64,000 nt of DNA from Rhizodiscina lignyota (lineage: Eukaryota), in NCBI GenBank assembly GCA_010015805.1, contig ML978139.1, forward strand, positions 124,001 through 188,000. Direction: 5' to 3'. Every line of letters begins with the position of its first letter. The stretch's first letter is position 1. The notes below the pieces were generated by a model, which saw nothing but the letters and a program-made list of their open reading frames with translations, had not been told where the DNA came from and did not search any database. The translations under genes and the position numbers were made by a program. Below are positions 49,901-61,200 of the stretch, in pieces.

Positions 49901-50771
49901 TGTCCAACTCTCCGAAGACAGCATCAAGACCGGTGGTAATGGCGTTCCCGAATCAGATGATCTCTCTGGATCTCGTAAGGGTCTGGCAACAGGATATGGA
50001 CAGTCCAAGTGGGCAAGCGAATACGTGACCAGGAAAGCTGGTGAGAGGGGCCTGCAGGGTTGCATTGTGAGACCTGGTTATGTGACTGGAGATCCGATTT
50101 CCGGTGCAACGAACGAAGACGATTTCCTAGTCCGCTTGCTCAAGGCCTGCGTACAACTCGGCGCTTATCCTGACATTACCAACACAGTCAATATGGTCCC
50201 GGTCACGCATGTGGCTCGACTCGTGGCTGCTTGCGCGTTCAACCCACCAGTCCAACCCCTCGGAGTTGCACAAGTGACGAGTCACCCCCGAATGCATATG
50301 ACTGAGTTCGTTGGGTGCTTGGCATCATTCGGCTACGATGTGAGAGAGGTATCATACGAGGAATGGTGCGAAAAGGTCAGAGCCTTTGTGGCTGATCCGA
50401 AGAAAGAAGAGTTTGCGCTGTAAGTACACGTTTTCCCTTGCTCGTTTCGGAGTATCCGCTTATGCGCTCTTAGCATGCCATTGCTTCACCATGTTACAGC
50501 GGATCTTCCCGCAGATAGCAAAGCGCCAGAGCTCGATGACAGAAACGCTGCCGCCGCCCTAAAGGAAGACGCGAAGTTGACAGGGGAAGATCTAAGCGCT
50601 GGTGCAGCTGTCACACCCAATACTGTTGGGGTCTATGCTGCGTTCCTCGTGGCATTGGGTATCATGCCGCCGCCAACCGGATCTGGGCCGCAGAATCTCC
50701 CAAAGATCGATCTCGGAAAAGCCCAAAAGGAGGCGCTTGCGCAGATCGGCGGAAGAACAGGGACAGCTTAG
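46946..50771 (+). CDS. LYS2: L-2-aminoadipate reductase (A-T-R architecture)
   Basis: [51 protein letters not shown], Ppant site FFDIGGHS, reductase TGATGFLG and GYGQSKW. Five introns. Confidence 0.97.
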
Positions 50772-50776
50772 TCCAG

Positions 50777-51675
50777 TCAGTACTGATCCAGGATAGAGAT
50801 CAAGGATAGTAATTGTACATGCAATGTATGATAGCTGGCGCTTGACCTTAGGAAAGTTCGATAAGCTGCACAGCTTAGGGGACTTCCACAGAGGAAACCC
50901 TCCTCTTTATCGGGCACGTCGGAGTCTAAGTTTATGTCGGTTTCCGCTTGACTTATAATGATCTTGACGGCATCAGCCTGACCGTAGAAAGCTGCTAGTC
51001 CTAACGGAGTCTCTCTAGTTGATGCCACTTGATCGGTATAAATTTTTGGATCACTAGGAGCAAATTGAGCAGGTGAATGTTTCCGGTCATCGATGCGACG
51101 TGTAGTAAACTGTGCCCTTCATTGTCACAAAGAGCAGCGATGCAGTTAACCAACAGTATCTGATGCCTTGGTTCTTCCCATCCTAAGGAATCTGAATTGC
51201 ATAACCAGGTTGATAAATTAACTAAACAGAAACAGCAGAGTTGAACATGGAATTACAGATTTCGTAGGCGATGAATTGGCCTGTCTACGTTCGAACTAGA
51301 CCCAACCTCATCGTCTCTGTTGGACATAGGCACAGTCCTGAAGGCAGCCGGTAAAGATGCGAAATAAGTCTCGTCGTTGCTATGGCTTGCAAGTCTGGAC
51401 AGTGGGGTGATAAAGGGCTGCGATGCCGCGCAACCACCACCGCTGCTAGCTTTACGCGTCTCGTTTGCGGAACAAGGAAGTTGTTCGTCTTCACACCGAG
51501 TGCATTTCTTCCCAGGCCATTGCCGCGATGTCGGTTCGCACTGTCGTAAGTTATTCTCAGTGTTCAGGAACTTTCCCCAGGCACCGCTCACCCGTTTCTT
51601 GTCCCTCCTGCAGTAGAAGCACTTGCTATAGTTCAGCTTGCGTTTCTTTTTGGCCCGTAAGGCTGATTCATCCAT
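50777..51675 (-). pseudogene. Zn(II)2Cys6-like plus ankyrin-repeat gene, frameshifted and truncated
   Basis: KCFYCRRDKKR-[intron]-CEP..KCTRCEDEQLPC, then ankyrin-like EGHSLLHVASMTGN, a frameshift near 51030-51050, and ETPLGLAAFYGQ and SPLSCAAY. The frame ends 6 bp from the LYS2 stop codon. Confidence 0.65.
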
Positions 51676-51859
51676 ATCCTCGAACCAAGAATACGTGATA
51701 CTCTGTGGTCTTCGAATTACGGAGGTAGGAAACGTTCATTGAAAAGGAAACGAAGACATCTTCTTTGACATGCAGGGGTATCCGCTGGATTGCTTCGCCG
51801 ACTCACGCACTATTCGCACATCGTCTTATAGGACCTTTGCTGAGCAGCTGAACGTGGGT

Positions 51860-52009
51860 ACACATGCAAACCCGCCAATGATGATGCCTTGCGGTCATGT
51901 TATTCTCTAGGAGAGTCTAGCGAACGCCAGTAAGGGGGCGAGATTCAAGTGCCCATACTGCCCGAGCGAGAGCTATCCAAGAGATGCCCGGAAAGTGTTC
52001 TTGGCCTGA
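51860..52009 (+). pseudogene. RMD5: Isolated copy of the C-terminal RING of Rmd5/Gid2 with an internal stop
   Basis: Translates THANPPMMMPCGHVIL*ESLANASKGARFKCPYCPSESYPRDARKVFLA*, matching the NPPMM.PCGHV..RFKCPYCP end of Rmd5/RMND5. TAG at 51908-51910; no upstream gene body. Confidence 0.85.
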
Positions 52010-52671
52010 TCTCAAGCTCAGCTTTCTCAGCCATCCGCTTTGGACAGATGTAAAATTTTGCGGAGCATTCTTCAAGCCAAAACTTCTTGAACAGGTTCAG
52101 TAGATGGCTTTTCACTAGCAGGCATCTGAACCGACGCGGGCTCCTTGTGTCCTCCAATGATCGATCACTCAGCTCGTGGGTGTAGTGCGATGTAAGGTTC
52201 CGAAGCAATGCTTTTATTGGGGTGCAACTTGTATCACTGTACAGTACTTGGAGCGAAGTGTATCACGTGTATATAGCAAATCACCATAGTCCAGGCCGAT
52301 TGCGCAGCGAATCTCATGCGGGAATATGCTGAGTGGGTCGAGGCCACGAAGGGCTGCAGGCCATTTGTATGCCTGGATGGCGCTCATATGCACGACGCCG
52401 ACAAAATTACGAGCCGCATCCGAATTGCAGCCTCGCCCTGAACGGCCCAGTGTGCAAAGTTCCATACGAGGGAGACATTCAGATCAAAATTAAGCCAATG
52501 ATGAATGTAAGGCTGCATGTTTCAGTCAATCGCTTTTTTCAAGGCGGTTTTGATCCGCTCAGGTGGATTTTCTATATATTATTTGTCTCCGCTGCCTGCA
52601 AGCACTCTGCGACACATCTGCTTTCCTGATATCCCCATTCTTCTCGGATATCCCTCTCTTCTCGCTTCATC

Positions 52672-53106
52672 ATGAAACTATCGTCCGATACTTTAGTGGC
52701 TCTCATTCTCGGTGTTCCAGCCCTCATTACCCAAGTCCTGGGTACGTGGTTGACTTTTCTTGCCTGGCGGGAGGCTCGCCGTCTTCGGCGTCACCAGAGA
52801 GGTAGGAACATAGCCTAAATTATGATCCTGTCATTCCACTGATGCTTAGAGCGTAGCTATCGACTCGGAGAGGATAGATTTCGAGGCGCTATGCCACGAA
52901 CATCCTCCTCGCGATCTGGACGTGTCGTCGAAGCCATCAGGTTCATCCTCCACTCTACGACCTCGTCCTGGTTCAACTTCGACACCCTCGCTATGCCATC
53001 CACCATACCGTCTTACAACCCATCACTGCAGATGAAGATGCTGAACTCGTCCGACATGGTACTAACGTCTGGTGGTCATGCTGTCTCCCAAGCTGACTTA
53101 AGATAG
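52672..53106 (+). CDS. Hypothetical small single-pass membrane protein (3' end uncertain)
   Basis: MKLSSDTLVALILGVPALITQVLGTWLTFLAWREARRLRRHQR is a hydrophobic helix plus basic stop-transfer, followed by a GTAGG donor at 52802. The frame of the downstream exon is ambiguous. Confidence 0.35.
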
Positions 53107-53856
53107 GCAGTCTCAGTGCCGACAACGGGCCAAATACCCCATCGCCAATGCTTGCATAGCAATGACCCAGAACAACCTATGTTGCCGTATTGTACGAACC
53201 GGAAAATCCTTGGCAAGACAACTTCGATGGCCTCTGCCACGGTCTCAGAGAGTGGGGACGACACGGGGAATACTAAAGAAGCTGATCCAGGTAGAGAGTC
53301 CTTTGAGTGTGCAAGGCAGGACTAATAGTAAAAGTATATGAAGTACGAAGATGGAAAGTGTGATGAGCTCAGTGATAGACGGACCCTAAATGGAATGAAA
53401 CAACAGCTGTCGATCATACTTACCAAGTGCCAAACCGAAGCCTGTGCATTCAAGCTCTGTGTAACAAAAGGTTGTCAGAGAGGAGGTCGGCCGAGGCCAA
53501 GGACTGAAGCTATATGTATGCTTATTAACATTTACCTGTTCGGCTTACATACTGCGGAGCCCAGGCTGCTGACCATCACGTGACAAGCCATACCTCATCT
53601 CGCAAAGTCATGAAGAGTATGTAAGCTTGAACGCGTCCATGCTATGAATGGCAAACGCGTTTCCACTTCTCAGGTCATTCAAATGGGAGCCGCATGCGGC
53701 GGCCGTCGGTAAGGCGGATGGCTTCGAACAAACATCGGTCGAAGTGTGGAACCGTGGAAGTATAAATCGACTGCGATGTACGTCCAAGTGACGACTGCGG
53801 GTTTCAATATCGTCTCTTTGTATTAGAAATTCCTCGTTGCATATTTATCGGAAACC

Positions 53857-54746
53857 ATGGGATATGGTACGCTTCGGACGTCCCAAACAGGCGCGGTGCT
53901 TCGCGCTGTCCTTGATGCGAACGACATCAATGTCATCACGTGGCAATTGATGATGGACCTGAATGAGCTTCTGGATAAGCTGGCGAACGATGAGACGGTG
54001 AAGATTGTCGTTTTCGAGAGTGCGGTCAAAGACTTCTTCTCCGCGCATTTAGATCTTCGACCGGATGCCGGTACGTCTTGAACGCGTTATGTCCTGAGTT
54101 AATGATTAGCGATCCCAAATGGCTGAGACCAATCGTAGAGTCCAAGATGCCGCCGATGCATCCCGACTACCCGAATCTCATCTACTTCATGGGTCTGATG
54201 CAGAAGTTGTCGACGGTGCCAGTGGTAACGATCGCTTTGGTAGAAGGCCGCGCTCGGGCAGGAGGTCTTGATTTTATGATGGCTTGCGACATGCGCTTTG
54301 GCGTGAAAGATCGTGCAATCGTAGCACCCATTGAGGCTAGAGTCAGTCTAATGTCTGCAAGTATCCCGGCATTCATCAACCACATGGGTCTTGGTCGCGC
54401 GTCAGAGTGGTTCTACAGTGGCCACGACATGGACGCCGAGGCTGCGGAGAAGTATGGGATCCTGAACAGGAGCTTTGCGACGTCCAAGGAGGCGAAGGAT
54501 TATGTCGATGGGTACTGTGCGACGGTTGGAAAGCTGCCCCGCCACAACCTGCGGGAGATGAAGCAGTATGTCGCCAAGAGGATGTATCCATTGGGCAGCA
54601 TGGAAGAGATCAACAATCGTTTCGTCAGCCTGCTGCAGAGCGAAGAGACGGCCAAACTGATCCCTAAGCTTATGGAGCTGGCGCCATCAGGCTATGGCGA
54701 GGAGGAGCTTAACTTGAGCGAAGTGCTGATGAAAGCGCACGAATGA
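53857..54746 (+). CDS. Enoyl-CoA hydratase/isomerase (crotonase superfamily) protein
   Basis: VKIVVFESAVKDFFSAHLDL, TIALVEGRARAGGLDFMMACDMRFG, MDAEAAEKYGILNR. An intron at 54071-54138 restores the frame. TATAAA at ~53761. Confidence 0.88.
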
Positions 54747-55601
54747 GTCGGGCGTGATGCTGTGGGAGCAAGGTGTCTTGAGTTACCACGAACTCATGAA
54801 GGTTCATCGGAAAGAATGAGAGTGCCGTTGATCAGATACCCCTCATATCGTCGTAGCTGAAAGAGTACTTCCTGCACGTGGTCAGATTTTGCGCAGTGAT
54901 CTCGCAGACTCCACCGAAGATCTCTCCACAGATGCGCGTGTGGGCGCGGTTCCAGAACATGCAAAACGGCCGCATCGTCGATCCAAACAAGAGGAGAACA
55001 CGTCGCGTCCTCGCAACATTGCTGCTGCTGCTTGTTCGCACGACGACACAGAGCATCGAGCGTCATCTCGCGACCAGCTGCTGATAAAGTGGCCGGTCGC
55101 ACTCCGGGCGCGTTCCCACCTGTGAGAGGAGGGCACAATGGCCGGAGCTCACCCCGGCGGACGGTCTGGGCCATCCACCAAAAAGCTGCAGCGGGTAAAT
55201 GCAGGCGGGCCTGCCCTCCAATGGCGGACGCGAATTTTGCTTGCGCCACCATCAGTTTGCGATGCTAGCCATATGGGCAATTCCCGATGCTACCACATCT
55301 CGATTTCTTTTCAAGGCGACGACATTGCGCCTCCTCGAGCGGGCGTGATCGGCGCGCTGCGTGGGTGCTCGTCACAGTGATTAGAGTGATTGAGCACGTG
55401 TGTCTCCCTCCGCCTGGCGTCCGTCTGGCTAGTCTACCATACGGCGTTTGTCTTAACTCGTCTTAACTCGTCGCGCTGCAGTTTTCTCACACCACTAAGC
55501 GCACACTGCGGATCAGCAGCACGTGCGAACGTTTATAGCACGCTCGACACCGGCCACTCCGCAACAGTGGATTGACAACCGCAAGACGACAATTCTAAAG
55601 T

Positions 55602-57107
55602 ATGGGCGACCTTCAGGTTCCATCGTCCGACAGCTCGAGCAGTCCGAGCTCCACTCAACTCGGCTCGACAGCGGCCACCACGCCGGTCAGAGTCGCCTCC
55701 TTGCCGGTAGTGCTCTCGAGCCTTGCGCTGCCTCCAAAACAACACGCGAACCCCACTTTCAGCAGCCTCCCAGACGAACTTGTCGATCAAATTTTCTCGT
55801 ATGTCGAAGCGCCGCCGCACGATGATGGGACGCCGTCTCTCAAGTCTCAACCCGACTTCTGGTCGCTTTGCTTGGTGAATAAGCAATGCCAGAGAGCAGC
55901 AACTCCCTACCTCTACGCCTGCTTCGAGCACGAGCTCTACAAGGACCCGCAACACCTCCACCTCTTCCTGCGCAACATCATCCACGATGCCAAACTCGCG
56001 AGTTACGTGCAGTACATCTCGCTCAAGGACCAAGAATCGTGCGGCCTCTTCCAGAACATGCGCATGTGGCGTGAATGGGCCTCGACATTCTACCGACCAG
56101 CGCTCGCGGACGAAGATCGCCAGCTGTTCCTTGAGGCGGCACGCGACCTGCAGCTTCAGCGCGTCGATGCGCTCGACACCATCGCTGAGAAGGAGGAAGC
56201 TCAGGCAGCACTGCTATTGAGCCGCACAACCGACGTGACGCAGTTACGCATGACGATTCCGAACCTTGGCAAGAACCGGCTGCTGCTGGAGATTCTGAAG
56301 GAGACGACGGACCGCGGGACGGCGCTGCAGAAGCTGAGCAAGTTTACAGGGATATACTATAACTTTGACGGCGATATCGACGGAGGCTTCGAGCTCAAGC
56401 CGATTTCGAGCCTATTTCGCCTCCCGGCAATCCAGAGGATCAATGGCGTCGCATGCCTAGAGCCCGAGGATGATGCGTTCAAGGGTTTTGATTGCCCAGA
56501 AGGAACGAGCACGGTGAGGGAAATCGATTTCCGACGGAGCTCGGTTTGTCCAAAGGCGATGAGCTTGATGGTTGGAGCGTGCCGGGCATTGAGGAGCTTC
56601 TACTGCGACTGGGGAGGCCACACGGTCGGTTGGAGCGAAATCAACTTTCCAACTGTTGGAGCGGCGCTGAGGAAGCAAGAGAAGAGCCTGGAGAGCCTGA
56701 CGCTCGATGTGCGGAAGCACTATGACGTATGGCCGGAGAACGAGGATGTCTTGATACCTCCGCTGGGATCCTTTGTCGGCTTTGAACGACTGAGGTACAT
56801 CGAGGCGCCTGCCGCCGCATTAATAGGCTGGGATGAGGGACATGTTGATGGATTCCCATTGCTGCACGAGATCCTGCCGTTTTCGATCGAGAAACTGGTT
56901 ATCAATCAGTGGTCACCCGGCATCATCGAGCATCTGGAGAAGATGGCGGAGCTGTGTGCAGCAATGTTCCCGCTCCTGAAGGAGATGGCGCTTCATAGCG
57001 CGCCCCACGATGCTGACGAGAGGAAGATGCAAGAGTTGTATGACAAGAACGGAGCGGAGGTGAGGATACGCTTCAAAGACGGTGAGGAGGTGGATCACTT
57101 TGCATGA
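55602..57107 (+). CDS. F-box-like protein with LRR/RNI-like C-terminal region
   Basis: Intronless 501-aa ORF. FSSLPDELVDQIFSYV, SLCLVNKQCQRAATPYLY, SLESLTLD, LGSFVGFERLRYI. Confidence 0.82.
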   Translation: MGDLQVPSSDSSSSPSSTQLGSTAATTPVRVASLPVVLSSLALPPKQHANPTFSSLPDELVDQIFSYVEAPPHDDGTPSLKSQPDFWSLCLVNKQCQRAATPYLYACFEHELYKDPQHLHLFLRNIIHDAKLASYVQYISLKDQESCGLFQNMRMWREWASTFYRPALADEDRQLFLEAARDLQLQRVDALDTIAEKEEAQAALLLSRTTDVTQLRMTIPNLGKNRLLLEILKETTDRGTALQKLSKFTGIYYNFDGDIDGGFELKPISSLFRLPAIQRINGVACLEPEDDAFKGFDCPEGTSTVREIDFRRSSVCPKAMSLMVGACRALRSFYCDWGGHTVGWSEINFPTVGAALRKQEKSLESLTLDVRKHYDVWPENEDVLIPPLGSFVGFERLRYIEAPAAALIGWDEGHVDGFPLLHEILPFSIEKLVINQWSPGIIEHLEKMAELCAAMFPLLKEMALHSAPHDADERKMQELYDKNGAEVRIRFKDGEEVDHFA

Positions 57108-58234
57108 TAAGTCGATGACGGCACCACTGGCAACTACTAGGATCAGTTTGTAATCTGGCCTCGAGCCTCTTCTTTGGTTTCTCTTGCTTTCTAGCTTGCT
57201 GTCGTGCGCTTTAAGCGCCATGCCCAAGCTGCGTTGTGGTGGCAGGGAGGATGTCACGAAAAGAAGAAATATAAATTTGAATTTGTCGGCGTCGATCTCC
57301 CGCATGGCTTGAGCTTCCGATAGGGCCAGGGCGATGACGACTTGTGCCTTGTATTTGTGCTGATGGTGAGATTCAGATTACCGAACTTGATTCCATTGTT
57401 TGCGACGCAAGGAGCGCAGTGCGAAGAATGCTATTATGGCAGGAGGAGGCAGTCTCCTGCTCCTTGCATTGCGGGCATCCAGACACCCTCAGGCTGACTC
57501 GTGGGGTTCGGGTATGTACACATGCAGGGGCACTCGCAGCGCAAAGAGCGTTTCGGCCGGCGTGCAATTGGCCGCGCTTGTGGGAAGTGCCCAATAGGCC
57601 AGCGCGACCTCCTTGCCTATAGCCTTGGTATATTATTCCGCGCATGTGTGAGCGCATCTGGCAGGAGGCGCACTGCGATTGCCAATACTGTACGGAGTAA
57701 TGCCAAATACACGGACGGCAGGCGCAGGTCATTTCCAGATGCACGCCAGGCGCGCCTTCCTCTTCCTGTGGCGCCGCGGCGGCATTGGCCAATGGCACGC
57801 GGGCCTGGCGCGGCAGTGTGGCTTGATCGCCGCTAAGGCATGTCCCTTGCACGCCATGCCTGCGCGCCCAAGCTTGCCCGCAACTTCCCCTGCTCCCCTT
57901 TTTCGAAAGAGTCTCATCTTGATCTGCGACGTCCACCTCTGCTCTGCATCTTCTTTGCTTTGCTCCCACACCAGCACCACGCGGCCCTCTGCTATTTGCT
58001 CGTCGCCCGCTCCTGCCGCTAGCCTTGCCCGTAGCCGCCCGCCCGCCCACCAATTCCCACGCCGTCGACACGCGACGACGCGTTTGCGCTGCGCAACGGC
58101 GCGAACACTAAGGCGGCAGACAGTTCAGGACAAGCCGTCAGCGCGCCCAATTTCCGGACTTCTGACAACATGCGACGGGTCAGCTTTTCTTCAGCCTAAT
58201 CTTACCTTTCTCCTGACCATTCGGACCGTGAGAG

Positions 58235-61200
58235 ATGGACTTCGTCGGCCACCCTCCCAGCCTGAGGTCGGCCAAAGGCAAAGGGCCAGTGCGCTCCCTC
58301 GACACGCTGGCGCCGAGTAACAATCCCACCACCTTCTTCGACGATGCCACGCCAATTGAGCGGGCAAACGACGATTCTTTCATAGGCCATGCTGCACGAG
58401 ACTCGCACGACCTTTCGCTCAGGCTCGAGGGAAATCGCAACTCCGTCGTCGACCACATGCTGCTGAGTTTGGATTCCATGCCGAATGGAAGCTCATCCTT
58501 CCCGGTCCCTGCCCCTGCCCTATTCACTCACTATATTGGAGACATCGACACACAAATAGGAATCTCTCATAATCTTGGGCCGGGCCGTCGCCGAGGCCAT
58601 ACTCACACGGAGTCACGATCCTCCGACTACGACATCGACGCCCACGATATTTATAACACCTTCTCTGGCGTCCACCGCGGCAAACGATCAGACGAGATAA
58701 CGTACCTACCACGACAGTCGACACGCGACGGCTCTCGCGCCGGAGGCTACGAATACGCAACTTCAGACGCGGCACGAGACTCGTACAATGGGAACAGATA
58801 TGGGCACGTGCGTGGTTGGGGACGAAAAGGCAGCAAGGGCAGCATGACAAGCATAGACGTCATGGGCCAAGAAACTTCCTTACCTATGAGCTCTAGAGGC
58901 TTGGGAAGTCGTGCTGCAAGTTTCGACCAGTCGCAGCGTCATTTGCTTGACCAACGAGCCGATGCAAGTTCCATGATGGCGAGGGGGCGTCCTGTTCCTG
59001 GAGATTATTGGCAACATGCTTCTGCTCCAGAGCCACATGTTCCAGCTGGCCCACGGAGTCGACCTCAACAGGCGCCTGCGTCGACACCCATGCATCCTCC
59101 TCTGCCTGCCTACGAAGCTGATGTCTACAAACCCAAGCGGAAGAGCAGCATCAAATCTGCAACAAGCAGACTTAGTCGCAAAGGTCGGCCGGAGACGGCA
59201 GACATATCGCGAAACAGCCACGTTCAAGACGCCTGGGGCGTGCCTTCCGAACCACTCGATCCACTAGCGGCACCGAGCCCAAGTGCTGGGTACCGTAAAA
59301 CTATGACTACTCCCGCACAATCTAATCAAAATCAGACTAAAGAGCGTCCTGGTTTTTTCCGTCGCGTCTTTGGATCAAAATCGAGTGCTCCTGCGCCACA
59401 ACCTGAGCACGAGCGATCACAAAGACCACCAACACAGGCGAGACAACGAAACTCTGCGCCGAGTCACCCGTCCGATTTCAGTAGTGATCGGGATCGGCCA
59501 AAGACGCAGCCCAGCCCGCAATCTTCATCGCAGCATATTGCTGCTCAGATGAAGTCACAGGGAAAGGTTGCAGCGACACCGGATGTTCCTCCCGTCCCAG
59601 TCGAACATCAGTCTCAGACCCAGACACTCAACAAAAAGCCGTCTTCTTTCTTTAGGCGGCGGAAGAAGAGCATTTCGGAGAGGGAGGGTAGTAGACCGCC
59701 TATCACTATTCTCCAGCAACACCCGAAGTTGACGAATCTCCAAGCTGGTGCGGATGTCCCACCCGCGCAGCAAAGTCCCAGTATAAGCTCACTTAGGAAA
59801 GTTATGAATCCGTTCCTCTCAGACGCGCAGCTCGAACGCCAGAATCCAGACGAGCGGTATTACGACAGCCGAGAATCGCAACCGCTAAGCCCTACAAACG
59901 GCGATCCATCGTATAGCTATACTCAGGGTGACCCGCATGGCCAAGAGCCGCAAGCGCAAGAAACCCAAGTCAATTCCTTCTCGCCTGGCTACACACCGCA
60001 CAAAGATGCAACTATCCGTTCTGTACCACCAGGATCGCCGCTTGTAAACGAGCATCCTGCTACATCATGGGGAGAATCTACAAGTAATACTAATCATGAA
60101 GGTACGCTCGACGGTACAAAAGTCCGAGGGAAGCTGCGCAAGAGCCGTCCTCCAACTGCAAAGGCGCAGGAGGAGAGTTTCCTTCAGGACAGCAGTGGCA
60201 ACGAGGAGAGGAACAGCGGCAAATTGAGCCCAACTTCTGCAAATTTTGGCGCGAATGCAGCTCAGGACACGAGGCAGCGGCCGCAGACAAGTCCTGCAAT
60301 GCCCTTCGCGTCAGATGGAGCAGGGAAGGAGAATGTCTCCCCTGGCTTATCAGCTGCACAACCTGGTACTCTGAGGAAATCTCCCAGCGAAAACGTAATG
60401 TTTGGAGATGGAAAGAAGATGCTTAGCCCAATCACCGACTACTCGATGAATTCGGAGTCAGTACGGGGACGAAGCCCCTCGCCACGGCCGCAGTCCGAGG
60501 CTCACGAGGACGACTGGTTGGTCCGGACAGCTAACAACCGCTCACAGTCGAGACTCAAGACGCAGGCTTCAAGGTCAAGTAATAGAGTTTGGATCGAGGA
60601 TGACAGCGATGCAGAGAAGAAAACCACCTCCGCTGCTGTCTCACCACTATCACTACCAATCGAAGGAGTTAGAAGGACATCTAGCAAGGCCTCTGACATC
60701 AGTCCTTTGGAGACTATTAGTCCCACCAGCACGACAGATGTGTTCCAGTCCGCAACCTCACTGCCCATTGTCCAAGTCGAGGGCGATAAAGTCGCCGAGA
60801 CAGCTGCAGACGCTGATCACCATCGCAACGAGTCTGGCCAATCAATATTCGACCCACTCACCAAGATGACTGCTGCAGAAAGCGTTGCGATCGATACGGA
60901 GTTCCCACAACTCGAAGACCGCGAGAGAGCGGCCAAGATCTTTGCGGGCGACGAGAGCTTCGTCAAGAAGGGTCGCGCTGCGGGCTGGCTGGGCGAGACG
61001 AGCTTCGTGAGCGCGCGCACGAGAAAGGCGTACATGGAGCTGTTTGACTGGCAGGGCTCGAGCATCTTGAACGCGTTCCGGGAGCTGTGTACGAGATTGG
61101 TGCTCAGGGCGGAGAGCCAGCAATTGGATCGGATCATCGATGCGTTCAGCCAGCGGTGGACTGCGTGCAATGTGAACCATGGGTTCAGGGGTACTGGTGA

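Noticed and set aside
46946..50771. NRPS-like A-T-R gene as the core of a secondary-metabolite cluster
   Set aside because: The motifs are those of primary-metabolism Lys2, and the neighbours (AYR1, PTH2) are housekeeping genes.
51030..51050. Programmed -1 frameshift at AAAAATTTA in the zinc-ankyrin gene
   Set aside because: The A-AAT-TTA heptamer is out of phase with the incoming frame (CAA AAA TTT), and the gene is truncated anyway.
54071..54109. 39-nt intron in the crotonase gene
   Set aside because: It gives a frameshift and stop; the acceptor at 54138 restores the frame.
57373..58320. Overlapping 213-232 aa ORFs upstream of SYT1
   Set aside because: GC-rich promoter/5' UTR sequence, mostly non-ATG starts, low-complexity translations.
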